Shown here: piece by piece, positions 14,347 to 27,850 of the stretch
How the letters are laid out: every line of letters starts with the position of its first letter
Position numbering within the stretch: the first letter of the stretch is position 1
Assembly: GCA_951406725.2 (NCBI GenBank)
Contig: OX597828.1
Location: 32,426,001-32,490,000 of the forward strand
From: Octopus vulgaris
Taxonomy: Eukaryota
Reading direction: 5' to 3'
DNA length: 64,000 bases
The notes under the pieces: generated by a model
What the model was told of the DNA's origin: nothing
Database searches by the model: none
The model's input: only the letters and a program-made list of their open reading frames with translations
Made by a program: the position numbers and the translations under genes

Positions 14347-15859
14347 GTTTGAGATTTTCTCTCAAGGCTACCAAATTCGTTGCTATACAGCTCCTCCTCC
14401 ACGTGGGCCAAATGTTCACTTTCGGTGCTTTTATGTTAAGGCGCACGTATGTAAAAGAACTGCTCGAAGGCCATTCTTGCCGCTAGCACGACTTTGTAAT
14501 CCCTCATTTTGTGCCACTTGTAAGTTGACTAACTATTCTCTTGTTCTCTAAGTAGCCTTTAGAAGAACTTATACCTCTAACTTATACTTCTTTATACTAG
14601 TACACTAGTATACTACAACTAGTACACTTAGCCGTTCTCTGGATCTCTCCACGCGGTCGCAGGTTCGTTCACTTTACAGTAGCGAAGACTTTACCGATTT
14701 GTATTTTCTGAGTTGATTGTAAAGGTCAAGTACTGATAACATAGACAATGAAAATTATTCCTATCTGTTAACCTGAGGAAAACTGTAATTATGAACTGGA
14801 TAACCACTGTGATTTGACCAAGTGTACACTTTCACATTAAGGAAATTGGGGAGGGGTTCTTTATTGAGAGCTTGAGGCGTCTGACAACTTTTGCAAGACT
14901 TCTGTCCCCACTCCCCCAATCGACTACTTCCTCATAATATTTGTGTACGTTCAACGTCTTCTAATCACATACAAGAACCAGTGAGCTAGATTTTCCAAAG
15001 AAGCTATTTAAACATCTAAAGAGACCTGGCTGTCTGATTCGTGCCGTAGAAAACCATCGGTCTGAAATTTCTAGCGTCACCATCATTGCCGATTACGAAC
15101 AAAACAAATAATCTACACACTGCGTCAGCGAAAAGAGTATCTACTTTTACGTTTAGGCATTTACGAAACAGCACTCCCCCGCCACTTAATCCAAGACAAC
15201 TGAGGCAGTCATCCAGGTGTAGAGCAGCGAGTCTTGGGGATGCAGTTGACTATTGCATCCAAACGTTGGAAATCTGAAATCATTGAGCAAGTATTCCTTC
15301 TTCCACACGGAATACAGGCTACGGGACTTTGTAAAACATATTTTTAATATCATCAATCCGATATGATAATGACAATACACGTAAATATTAACGCTCACTT
15401 ATCCTAGTCTTCAATCAGTCTATTTTCAAAAATTTGTCCGGACCTTCCAAAATAATTCCTTATAATAAATTTTTAAAGCCTTCCACATAATGTCGGGAAC
15501 GATTTCTCAAAACACTGTACATTGTTAGTATAGTTCTGGCCTTTGAGAGTTTTGAACAGTACGAGTACATCAGAACCCTCACGCGTTGTTAAAACGTTAT
15601 CTTAGTCAAAATCTACAATATCCATCAAATTTTGCTTATCCTCCGTATCTCTGCTTAGTAAGACATGTCTAGAAATTATCTATGATAGACCTGGACTGGA
15701 AACCCCTACGCAACAGACTAGTTACTTCGTTCATGTCGACACCCATAATCTCTCGAGAATGCCGTCACTCTTTCCTGATATTTATCCTATTGAGATTGCT
15801 AAAGTGCAAAGTCCACCGATATCATTGCCTGACTAGTAGACGGTAGTGCACGCTAGTAA

Positions 15860-15990
15860 TTATTGACCAATCATTTGCTTACAATTGTTGGGGCAACTAT
15901 TAACAGGAATGCTCTCACAAGGCATTTATGAGCACCTCGACAACTGGAAGTTACTGTCAAAAGAACAGAAAGGCTGCAGTCTAACGGAAG
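15860..15990 (+). mobile_element. R4/Dong-like RT domain fragment
   Basis: Y*PIICLQLLGQLLTGMLSQGIYEHLDNWKLLSKEQKGC matches the YRPITCL..WKLLTG...IYxHL....LLPxEQKGC motif. Confidence 0.65.
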
Positions 15991-17394
15991 TGAAATTTTT
16001 AATGAAACGTTTAACACTAGCATATATAGATTATAAAAAAGCCTAGGACAAGATCCTACACACATGGATAAATGAATGTTTGAGAATATTCAGTATTGCA
16101 GACAACAGAAAAGTGTTCATTAGATACAGCATGAAAAGGTGAAATGTAGACCTCTAATCAGGTGAGACAGCATGAGGGAAAATTTTCATCAAGAGAGGAA
16201 TTCTCCAGTGAAACTCGCTAACCTGTTCTATATTTGTGTTATGCTTAATCCCCCACCCACCTACTTCAATATTAAGAAAAGCAAATGCAGGGTATTAGTT
16301 TAGCGATAGTAAAAGAAAAGAGATAGATTTCTTAATATAGATTGTATGACTCTTCAACAAAGATATAAGGATGGAATGTGGTATAGATAAGTGCGCAATA
16401 TTAGTTACGAAAATGCGTCTGATTCTCGGTATTGAAGTTATTCACTTAGAAGCTGGCCAATCATTAACATCATTGAAAAATAGGGAGAGCTAGGATAGAT
16501 AGGAAGATTCCTGTTATTTCAGATTACTTGTTGTAGCCCCGATGTTAGGAATATTCTCCCAAAATCTAATTTGTTGCGCATAAATAAAACAAGTTTAATG
16601 TTGTTGCTGATGACGATGACGATGACGACGATGGCGATGATGATGAGGACGATGATGGTGATATTGATGATGATGAATATATTGGAACTGATATTTACAA
16701 TTCCTCCGTGTATGAAAAATTAACCGTCTATTGCAAGAAATAATAAGCCCCATATTCTATATTACATCTGATAAATATACACGGAGACGCCATACAGTAG
16801 CAAAACTGTTCGACATATGATATATGACTGTCCACTAAATTTGAAGACTTTTTCAATTATCTCTGCCAGATGTATATAAATCGTCACACGCTGTGGGATA
16901 CATGAGAAATATAGCAATATACAATGAGAATTACAAACTTCAAAATAATGTAGATATTATTAGTACACGAGAAGAATGGCTAGAATATATGCACCAAACC
17001 TCAACATAGAACCAGCGAAGGACTTTAAATTTGATTCAGAAATGAACTGAAAATACAACGAATAACATTGGTCTAGAAACTGAATTAGAATTCTTTTAGC
17101 TAAGGCGTGTGTAAAACATTCCATTAATGTTGGTATACACCAATCTGTGTAAGGCCATTCAGGGATTAGCGACAAAGAATAACAAATACCCCAATCTTTT
17201 TCAGGACATTCGGAAATAACGGCAAAAATAGGCTAAAGCACGTTCCGGATTATGATAATAAAAGGATGTGTAAATATTATTAGGATGCTTGTAAGTTATC
17301 TTTCCATATTTTTTATGCAATTTTCCGAAGTCAACGTCACATAATAATATGGATTAAAACAAGAAAAAAAGTTGATGGCAAAGAAAAATGAAAC

Positions 17395-17461
<67 letters not shown>

Positions 17462-18657
17462 CAGCAGCAGCAGCAGCAGCAGTAGTAGTTTTGTTGTTAT
17501 AGTAGATGTGATCGTGATGGGAGGAAAAGGAGAATGTTGAAGAGTAGGGCATGAGGAAACGAAAACGGATGAGAAGAAGAGAGATGGCAATGGTAGGAGA
17601 AATACAAAGAAAAAGAAAAAGAAGAAACAATATAAACAGACATAGAAGATATAAAAAGAAGGAATAAATATCTCCGTATTCAAAAGTGGCAAACGAGAAA
17701 ATGAAGAAACATCTGACAGTGAAAAGAACCGTGAATGAACTTTTTAAACGACAAATATAATCGGAAACAATGTTTATACGAATGCAAAGAAGAAAACACC
17801 AAGACGTATAGTCATCATTTCCGTACAATCGATAATGATTAAATGCATATAACCCAATACGAATATTAATTTTTCTATATATTTGCTATGCGTTACTAGC
17901 ACAAGTGCGCATGTGCATATTTACAGATATTCAAAATGGCGACTTGTAGCTCGTTGCTAAAGTTTAAGATTTATAACCGTATTCCCGTATGACAAATAAA
18001 TACCCAAACAGTATCATAAATCTACTGATACCATTACCGCTCCTTGTTCTACTAATAATAAAATAATAGCAATAATAGCAATTATTAGTATTATTGTTAT
18101 TATATTAACCACTGGGGAGCTACAAATACTCAAATAACAATTATGAAACTTAGCCAAATTATTAGTCTGTATATGCACGCACAAACAGGTCACACATAAA
18201 TACACACACATGCACGCACATGAACGTACACACACATATATTTATATGATATTAGTAATAATAAAGAGTATTGGGAATTGTGCATTCACAATTTTCTTTT
18301 ATGGTTATATACAGCATATCATAAAAACCTACACGTGTTTCTGCTACACCGACAATATTTCAAAGTTGCATTTCAAACAGTGAGTAGAGGCTGTATATGT
18401 TGTATATAACTATAAAATATATCTTCTAAATGTACAATTTTCCATATTCTTCATTATTATTAATATCAATATACATTCCAGACAATTTTTACAGCGAAAG
18501 AAGTTGGAAATACGCATCGGAAGTATTCACGGAACGACTAACAACTGAAAGTAGTCACATACGTTAGACACAGATCAATGTGGCTAGCCATTAAGTGGAA
18601 TTTAACTGAGATCTAATACTATATCCGCACGGATAACATATCCCACCAAACTCAATT

Positions 18658-18693
<36 letters not shown>

Positions 18694-18859
18694 ACAAAAT
18701 AATATATATATATATTCGAGATAATGGTGTCATTGACACCCAAAGGTTTCAGGTAGTGCTGAATAAGTGCTATAGATAGATCATAGTTAAGTTTTAGATT
18801 AGGTAATATAGCGAATAAAGGGTTCAACGTTGGTTCTAGGTCTGCGTGTGTATATATAA

Positions 18860-19241
18860 GAATTTTTTGCGTAATAAGATAAAAAAACCAAGGCTGTATA
18901 TATATATTAAAGCATTTATAGATAGAAGGTCTTACAGCTGTTTCTAGGATATTAATTTATAATATCCCTTCATCGGAGACGGTGTGAGAGGAGACTTAAT
19001 TTTTCATGAATTTTTATGACTCAATTTTTTAAATTCAGAACGGAACTGTAAATGTAACGAATAACGTTGGTCTAGACTTAATTTTTCGTAGATTTTTATG
19101 ACTTAATTTTTCCTCTCAAACCGTCTCCGATGAAGAGATATTATTTATTAATATCCTAGAAACATCTGTAAAATCTTCTATCTATAAATGCTCTAATATC
19201 TATACAGCCTTGGTTTTTTTATCTTACTACGCAAAAAATTC
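18860..19241. mobile_element. Fold-back element in (TA)n; probable Penelope-like pseudo-LTR relic with HHR
   Basis: Inverted arms 18860-18992 and 19111-19241 with several mismatches. It is flanked by TA repeats, has an HHR motif in each arm, and the spacer carries a ~38-bp direct repeat. Confidence 0.75.
18929..18980 (-). ncRNA. Minimal type I hammerhead ribozyme motif
   Basis: GUCU-CCGAUGA-A-GGGAUAUU(loop)AAUAUCCU-A-GAAA-CAGCUG-UA-AGAC. Stem I is GUCU/AGAC, stem III is palindromic, and the cleavage triplet is GUA. The + strand copy at 19123-19174 is mutated. Confidence 0.75.
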
Positions 19242-19508
19242 ATATATATATATATATATATAAAATCTTTTATTGTCACACAGTTTTCAGCCATTAGACT
19301 GCAGCTAGGACGAATCATCTCCTTGAAGTATTTAGTCAAGCATATTGACACAAATTCACATTCTGATCTGTGATTCTGTGTTTAACTGATCGGTATTTAA
19401 TCTATCGTTTTCATGTTCTTTGCTGACGTGCTCGCTCACCGGAACACACGGAGAAAACAACAGTGATGGTCAAGATGTGGTGGAGAACAAATACAAAGTT
19501 ACACTCAC

Positions 19509-19591
<83 letters not shown>

Positions 19592-21373
19592 TGTATATAT
19601 ATATATATGTATGTATGTATGTATTTATGTATGTATGTATGTGTGTGTCTATGTATGTGTGTACTCTGTGTGTGCTTGTATGTGTGAGTGTGTGTGCGTG
19701 CGTGTGTGTAAAGAAGCAGATTATAACATATAAACGGAGGGAAAGAGATTGAAAAAAGCGCACACTATGAAATGTATCACTCGTCAACCTGTTCAATCCC
19801 ACCATATGGATTATCTACTTTTAGGGAACATTTTAGCATCACTACTTTTGAGAGTAATTTCAACTTTGAGAGTTTTGAGAGTAATTTCCTTCCTCCCCCT
19901 CACCTGTTTCGAAAGATCTGGGAGGAGAATATAGATTCATAAGTACTGTCCTTCTCTTTGATTAAATACACAGGCAGACTTCGACATGTAAAACTAACAC
20001 CAGCCTCTTGATGATGTAGTGTAATCAAATCATGAATCTTGTGCTATTCCAGCGCAAGTCACAAAGCCAGTACAAACGTGAATTTCAAGTGAAAGAATTG
20101 TACCGCACTTTTAACATTTGTTAAGGGCATATTTCAGAGTTGTAAAGATTTGACAGGTGGCATGATCTGTGATTGTGTGTTTAACTGATAAAATTACAAT
20201 GGGAAATCACTGTAACTATTTAAAAACGAATAAAATCCTCTCCAATCTTCTTTGTTCATATTATAATAGTACTGTTTATTACAAATTACTTGTAAAATTG
20301 TGCAACGGCAACTGCGTGACGAAGTTTGTAATTGTTTGGAGTAGGGAATACGGTTCACATTAAAGCAAAACTAAACGAAGCAGGTCTTCAATTACTAAAA
20401 TGCATCTTCGACGATGTAATTATCGATACACGATTAATGGGTGACATACAATGTGAGTATAATCCATTATTCTATGAGTGACACGCATGATTTTTATTTG
20501 TATATAAAATTTTAACACGCATTGACAGATATTGTTTATGTATCTTGTTCTCTAGCACCATTAAAGTGTTGTTTGCGATCTGGAGGAAAAACTAATATAG
20601 ATGAGGAAACGTACATAGAATCGTAACAATACTTTTAATGAAACATGTCCAAAGGATACTTGGATAAAATAATAAACAAAAAATGATATATATATTTTTT
20701 TTAATATTGATGTCTTACCATCGCAAATAAAATAAGGTGAACAAGACGAAATAATCCAAAGTTGTGAGAAGACGTGTAAATATAATGAAAGCAAACATAA
20801 AGTGATGATACGATAAACAATAGAGATGAAATATGACAGACGTGTCTGAATACACATCGACAAGAGCATATTTTTGATAATACAAAGCAGCAAATATCCG
20901 AATATAACACAGTGCAAGAGGATAAAACGAAACAATCGAGAAAAATAATAGTAATATACAATATGAATGCTGACCATAGCAAACCAATTGCCAGGGAACA
21001 AATGAAATGCGTTACCAAGCAGAGAATAAACAAATATTAGCTAAGTACAAGCAGGTTTATTGAGAAATGTGCTTCCAAATAAACACATACGAACGTTGAT
21101 GTACTGAAGAATCTAATTTACTCAGGATTTATGGCTGCATTGAAAGAAAACAGGCTCGACCCTTACATAATAAGTCACAAACCATCATAAAAAATTATGT
21201 GGAAAGGAAACAAAACATAAAATCGAGAAGAAAAAAAAGACCGGAAAGAAAATCCAATATTCGCATAGAGATGGAAAGGAGGGGGGGCTATACAGGATCG
21301 AAAGGAAACAACACACACACACATATATTTGTGTGTATGTAATGTATGTGTACATGTATTTATATACATATAA

Positions 21374-21421
<48 letters not shown>

Positions 21422-22010
21422 TACATATGCATATATATACATAGAAATGTATATATGTGTGTGGTAAATGGTGGAGGGGCATATATGTAAATTTAAAGTA
21501 AAATTAAATGAAACATTACTGTGATAGCTTGGAAAAAGTCAGTTTTTCTTCAAAGGGTATTGGTATTAAGCAAATACTAAAGTACTAAACAACTGAATGC
21601 AGACCACAATAAAAAATATACAAGGCTGCATTAGAAGATGAACTGAATAACGAAATAAATCTAATGTAATGGAAGATGATATGGAGCCAAAGTATAGAAC
21701 AAAACGAAACGAAGGACTGACGCGTTCGTCAGTAAGATAATGATTACTTTCGAAATTAATAAACTGATCCATTTCTGGTTAATATATTTAGACTGGTATC
21801 AGCGATGCTGTAGCAACAATTTAAATGTGTTACAGGAAAAAAAGCGCCCAATAACGTATTACATAGCGTGGAAAAACAACGTCACTGCTTGAAAAAAAAA
21901 AAAAATGTATCCAATGAGTATCCACCAATGTCCTGTTTCTAAGCACGCAGGCACACGCACACACGCGCACACATACATACAAACAGCTATATTTTAATAA
22001 AAAATGTTTA

Positions 22011-22054
<44 letters not shown>

Positions 22055-22084
22055 TCAAAATAAAAACATGATGCCAAGGATTCA

Positions 22085-22162
22085 GCGGTACATATGTTTC
22101 GGGCCTCTATTAGACGGATTTATAACAATGCATAATGTGTGTCTATGGCCTTCTTCAGCCGC
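22085..22162 (-). ncRNA. Minimal type I hammerhead ribozyme motif (mirror copy)
   Basis: Exact reverse complement of 22198-22275. Confidence 0.8.
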
Positions 22163-22197
22163 GCACAATTACTACGTCCTTGAGGTAGTAATTGTGC

Positions 22198-22275
22198 GCG
22201 GCTGAAGAAGGCCATAGACACACATTATGCATTGTTATAAATCCGTCTAATAGAGGCCCGAAACATATGTACCGC
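22198..22275 (+). ncRNA. Minimal type I hammerhead ribozyme motif
   Basis: GCGG-CUGAAGA-A-GGCC...GGCC-C-GAAA-CAUAUG-UA-CCGC; predicted cleavage after 22271. Confidence 0.8.
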
Positions 22276-22309
22276 TGAATCCTGGCATCATGTTTTTATT
22301 TTGATTAAT

Positions 22310-22358
<49 letters not shown>

Positions 22359-22365
<7 letters not shown>

Positions 22366-22654
22366 ATCACGTGACCGACCCGTCCATCAGATGTAGTTAC
22401 ATATCGCTGGTTCGCATTGTTTTAGCCTTCGCGTGACGCCACCCCGCTGGCTAAGCGAGCAGGCCAACAGAAGAAAGAGTGGGAGAAAGAGTGGTGAAAG
22501 AATACAGCAGTGTCACCCCCCCCCCCTGCCGGAGCCTCGTGGAGCTTTTAGGTGTTTTCGCTCAATGAACACTCACAACGCCCGGTCTGGGAATCGAAAC
22601 CGCGATCCTACGACCGCGAGTCCGCTGCCCTAACCACTGAGTCATTCCGCCTCC
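22359..22654 (-). mobile_element. tRNA-derived SINE family 3
   Basis: Minus-strand head tgactcagtggttagggcagcggac...ggtttcgattccc (A and B boxes); highly similar to 48156-48447. Confidence 0.88.
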
Positions 22655-22745
22655 TTAAAAAACACCCCCCAGGATATCATACAGTGAGATTGAACCTGGA
22701 AACACTAACTGCGTTGCGAGCTTCTTCTCCACAAGGCGACGCACG

Positions 22746-22797
<52 letters not shown>

Positions 22798-23231
22798 GAT
22801 ATATTCAAATACATATATAAGAATACATAATTACACACACATATGTATACATATATGACCTTGAGTTTGTGGGCATTTGCGGGTGTTGATACCCGCACAT
22901 ATGTACGTGTGCATGCACATGTATAAAAGCGTGTGGGTATATATAACCCCTATATATTCACAGATGAGCACGTTGGTCGCCTGCCTACAAAATATTTTCA
23001 GAAAAAGTGACGGATGACTGAATGAGCAGCATGGATGTAAAGTTCAGCTATTGTTAATCCGAGCAGTAGTTGACAAAATGAAGGAGGAAAAATACAGGAA
23101 GTTCTGTATAGATTGATTATTGAAAAAAACTTCTTGAGTAAAACACCCTTTTAGGTATTAGAAAACTCGTGCATCAAAATTGCTTTCAATAAATTAGCAG
23201 CCATGCTATGCCAAATGTGTGTGTGTCTTTC

Positions 23232-23364
<133 letters not shown>

Positions 23365-23373
23365 TATGTATAT

Positions 23374-23411
<38 letters not shown>

Positions 23412-23498
23412 GTATATATTTATATATATGTATGTATCTATATATAATATATATACATACATATATGTATATATGTATATATGCACATATACATATAT

Positions 23499-23568
<70 letters not shown>

Positions 23569-24104
23569 GTGTGTGTAAATATAAAGCAGGAATACGAAGA
23601 GATGGAATTTAAGCATTCCTATACCCAAATGAGGAAGAATTACTCAGGAGACGTCTTTTTTCAAGCTTCTAATTCATGCATAAATCTCTCGAAGCAAAAC
23701 ACTAATCCTTCTCGACATTATTAACACATTCTCAAGGATTCGCTCTCGGGGAATTACGCATAATTATAGTAAATAACTCCGCTGAGAAAACGAAAGAAGT
23801 TGTAAATGTAAACAGCAACAACATCAAAATATTTGAGATTAACCAATTGTGCCAAAGCTTTCCTACAAAAAAGTAAATCAACTAGAATGCAAAGCTGTAT
23901 TTATAGATCCTGGGATTTCAGAAAATAAAAGCGGACTGTCGACACAAGGAAGAAAAATACGGGAAAAGAATAACAGATATAACGACAAACCATCTTAAGA
24001 ACCCAAGGGCTAACTAAAATTTCATTATACTGGATACCGATTTGAAGGAAGGGATTAGCTTAGAATTTATTAGAAAAAATGTTTAATGTTAATCTGCTAG
24101 AGCA

Positions 24105-24490
24105 CACCTGTGTGATTAAGAATTTTAGTTTGCAGTTTGATAGGGAGGGGGGTTCAGTCCCACAGCGTAGCAGTTTGAGTATTGCTTTTAATTATAGCTC
24201 TGAACTGACCAATGCATTGTGAGTAAATTTGGTCGACGGACGCGTCGCGGACACCCGTTACTTTTGTGTGCGTGTGTTTGTGTGTATGTGTTGTTGAGCT
24301 GTGTGTGCATGTGCATTGTGTGTGAGAGAGTCGCTATGCAGATTTGACAACCGGTGTTGGTTTGTTTATGCCTACGTAACTCAATTCAGGAAATACCATA
24401 TTTTGAAAAAAGTAGTTATGGAGTCAATTCGCACGATGAAAGTACTTCCAGCACCACTGCCCGACTACTGTCCAATCATTGAACCCACTT
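24105..24490 (+). mobile_element. SINE family 1, old copy
   Basis: ggttcagtcccacagcg..., ttgtgagtaaatttggtcgacgga and ttgacaaccggtgttgg. Confidence 0.7.
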
Positions 24491-25068
24491 CAGCAGAAAA
24501 TGTAATAACACTGGAGGAATTCTGAACAATATTAAATATAGATAGAGTTAAAGATGGTATAAGCAGAGTTAATAAAAAGTGAAATTTAGAGCATAAAAAC
24601 ATAATTTGAAATAAAGAAAACAGAACGCACCCAAATTATTTCTCTATATATTTATTCAAAACATGATCCAATTTGAAAGGTTTAACGCAATCATTTTACC
24701 TGCTAGAAACAAGTGCCTGATCTCACGCAAATCACCTCTTTTCAAATACGTATCGACACAGGTATCGCGTGCGTATATATACAGAAACATATATATGCAA
24801 ATGTACGTATGAATATACATATATATATACAGAGAGAGAGAGAGAGTGAGAGGGAGAGATACATAGATAAATAGATAGATGTTTAGATTGATAAATAGAT
24901 ATACATATATGTGTGTGTGTGTGTGCATATTTATATATATATGGATATATATATATATATATACATATATATAGACACAGACACACACATATATATGTGT
25001 GTGTGTCTGTGCGTGTGTGTATACATATACATGGATAAATAAACATATATTTATATATATATATGTGT

Positions 25069-25156
<88 letters not shown>

Positions 25157-25688
25157 CAACAACAACAACAACAACGACGACGACGATGACGATGATGATG
25201 ATGAGGATGATAATAAATACAATATAAAATTAGCAGAAAAGGGAGAAAACTTTTTATCAACATACAATTTGACCAGCATCGGTTAATTATATTTTAATAC
25301 AAAACAGGACATTGCTTAGAAACGTTTCGGTTACCATTGTCAGTCGGTGCCTCCAAAGAAATTTATGAGAATAATATTCGTCATTTTTTTAGCAAATCTG
25401 ATCTACTACATCGTGCTTCATCAGAGTGAATACAAATACATAAATTAAAAGAAGAGAAGAGGGAAGAGGAAACAACAGGGCCTCGATATGAGCTGGTCAA
25501 TTTGTATGATGATCAAAAGATTTACCATTTTCTGCTTACTTTAAATTTGATTCCTGATAGACTTTTGTTTGTTCTGTTATTACTTGTATCCTATGAGCAT
25601 AGTGTCCTAGCATAACTATGCCCAGGGTGAACATGGATAATTCATAGCGGTAGTGATAACGGACATTCTTATTCCTTAGACGGTATCT

Positions 25689-25795
<107 letters not shown>

Positions 25796-25806
25796 ATATA
25801 TATATA

Positions 25807-26300
25807 CTAGCACTATGACCCGGCGTTGCCAGGTTATAGTGCTAGTGCATGCATATACAGCTGCATGCGTGCACACATACACGTATGTATATAAGATCTA
25901 TATAAAAGTTTGTATATAGATCTTATATACAAACTTTTATATAAATCTTATATGCATATATACAAACTTTTATATAGATCTTATATGCATATATACAGCT
26001 GCATGTGTGCGCACATACATGTGAGTACTGTCCAAATCTCCGACCAATCACATAGAGCTAGCTGGCATTCAATTGGTGTATCAAGTTTTGGGCATTTTGA
26101 TTGGGTTTTGGATAGAAAATTCACAAAAGAAGTCACTTCTATTGATTTTTTAATGGTCTTGCAGGGTGACTGGGGAAATGTAAAGATGTGCACGACGACC
26201 CTTGGACAGTATGACCATAGAAAGTGCGAGCCCTCTAACTGAAAAATTGTGGATTTGTATAAAGAACACACACACAGACATTTTACCGTTTATATATATA
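25807..26300 (-). mobile_element. Non-autonomous Helitron
   Basis: Minus-strand 3' end cctggcaacgccgggtcatagtgCTAG|T (GC hairpin plus CTAG). The 5' end tatatatataaacggtaaaatgtctgtgtg is typical of invertebrate Helitrons. Confidence 0.75.
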
Positions 26301-27140
26301 CTAGCAGAATTGCCCGGCGTTGCTCGGGGCTGAATTGCTTGAAAGTACTGTTAATGATTGCACTGAATTATGATGATTATTCAGGCAAATATTGATATAA
26401 GTTTACGGTGGGAGATAAGGACTTAACGATCAAACGTGTGCCATTGCATTGTTTTGGGGGAACCAAATTTCTGATGAGCATTATAGGGGCACCAACTTTA
26501 AGTTTGAGAAAGTGTGGTGGTAGTCCGGGGTGCTCAAAGGAATTGAGTACCTCTATTGGATAGTTGATGACGTCCTCTGGGTCAGGAGTTGTATCGATAG
26601 ACTGATATACATAGACTTCCCCAGGAATGAGTTTTAGCATTTCATCATTAATATGGTGAACAGTTTTATTCCTCGGGGCCAGTATAGCCTTTTTGCCAAT
26701 CCAATCCATATTCTGATAATTAGCTTGTAGATCTGGGAACACTGCATCTCTGAGATCAGAAGGCGTCTTAACAATGTTACAAATGGAATCGATGGCAATA
26801 TTACCATTTTCATCCCCTGGTATTTTGCCTTCGCCAAGTGCAAGGAGGGTGTGAAGAAATGCTGCTGATGTGATATTACGTCGCATATGAGCACGCATAT
26901 TGGTGTGAAGTTTGAGAGTTACTTCCCTTTATTGAAAAAATATGCATTAAAATGGAAAAAAATGATGGTAAATTATTTGTAAAATCATAGACTCATCGTA
27001 GACGCGCGCTAATACCCAGAAGGGCTCGATATGAATCACGACTATAAGATACCCGGTTTTAGTTAAACTGCATCGCAAAATGTGGGAGTAGTTAGGAATC
27101 TAAATCGGAGTAGACAGACACACAACCTTTCTTTTATATG
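26301..27140 (-). mobile_element. Internally deleted Helitron with Pif1-type helicase fragment
   Basis: 3' end ccccgagcaacgccgggcaattctgCTAG|T. Positions 26940-27127 match the Helitron copy at 38312-38592 in reverse orientation. Confidence 0.85.
26377..26920 (-). pseudogene. Helitron RepHel Pif1-like helicase fragment
   Basis: ORF 26377..26898 has KAILAPRNKTVHHIND and GLPPHFLKLKVGAPIMLIRNL...CNGTRLIV, which are hallmark Pif1/Helitron helicase motifs; upstream reads L..NMRA. Confidence 0.9.
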
Positions 27141-27256
27141 AAAATATTTTCGTCCTAAAAAACTTTGTATGGATTGAATGGTTACCTCTATGGAAATATA
27201 TACACGTACATTATACATACATGTGTGTATAGATGAATATATAAATACATTTAAAT

Positions 27257-27850
27257 ATCTATATACACTTTTGGGCGATCTTTCTGTTTCTTAGAGATAA
27301 CTTTATCCCGTCCGATTCGCTCCAAAATTTACAGGGACATGTAGAATGAGGTGACGATGCTCGTGGGCTACCTTAGAAATCCCTATCTTAAAAGGTGTGG
27401 TTGGTAGGGGCCATCTTCCTCACTCACCCTATTTCCTCCAGTACCCTTTCACTCCTCTTCATCTGACAAGCCACTACGGTTATTTAATGTAAAGTCTTCC
27501 TCAAATCACTCTCTCGCTATTTACTCTCTTCCAAGAACATTTTCAGTCACTCTTATCTCTTAGCTTCCCATACATTTTACTCATGTATCTATCAGCGTCA
27601 TAGACAGAAACAAATATTACATCGCCATCGCCATCGCCATCGCATTCTATTGTCTACCTGTCAACACACACACAGTGAATTACTTTCACTTTATTCGTTG
27701 CACACTGTGTGTGTGCGTGTGCGTGTGCTGTAGACCACACTAAGAGAAGCATTTGACTCATACAGCACAATGTGAGTTTTCTCTAAATTTTGCTTAATTG
27801 GGGTTGAAATTTTAAAAAGTGGACCTGGCAAAACCCGATGCATTCTACTC
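27257..27850 (+). mobile_element. Possible old non-autonomous Helitron
   Basis: Starts ATCTATATA, has internal ccgattcgctccaaaattt, and ends with a degenerate cctggcaaaacccgatgcattctact resembling the Helitron 3' hairpin. Confidence 0.3.

Larger units (their letters stand above)
22051..22308. mobile_element. Near-perfect 258-bp palindromic element in (TA)n, carrying an HHR on both strands
   Basis: Arms 22051-22175 and 22185-22308 are reverse complements apart from one 1-nt indel. The loop is 9 nt (gtccttgag) and there is (TA)n on both sides. Confidence 0.9.

Noticed and set aside
16700-16910. Possible PLE GIY-YIG remnant on the minus strand (KVFKFSGQSYII...IRC)
   Set aside because: Too degenerate and frameshifted to call without a profile search.
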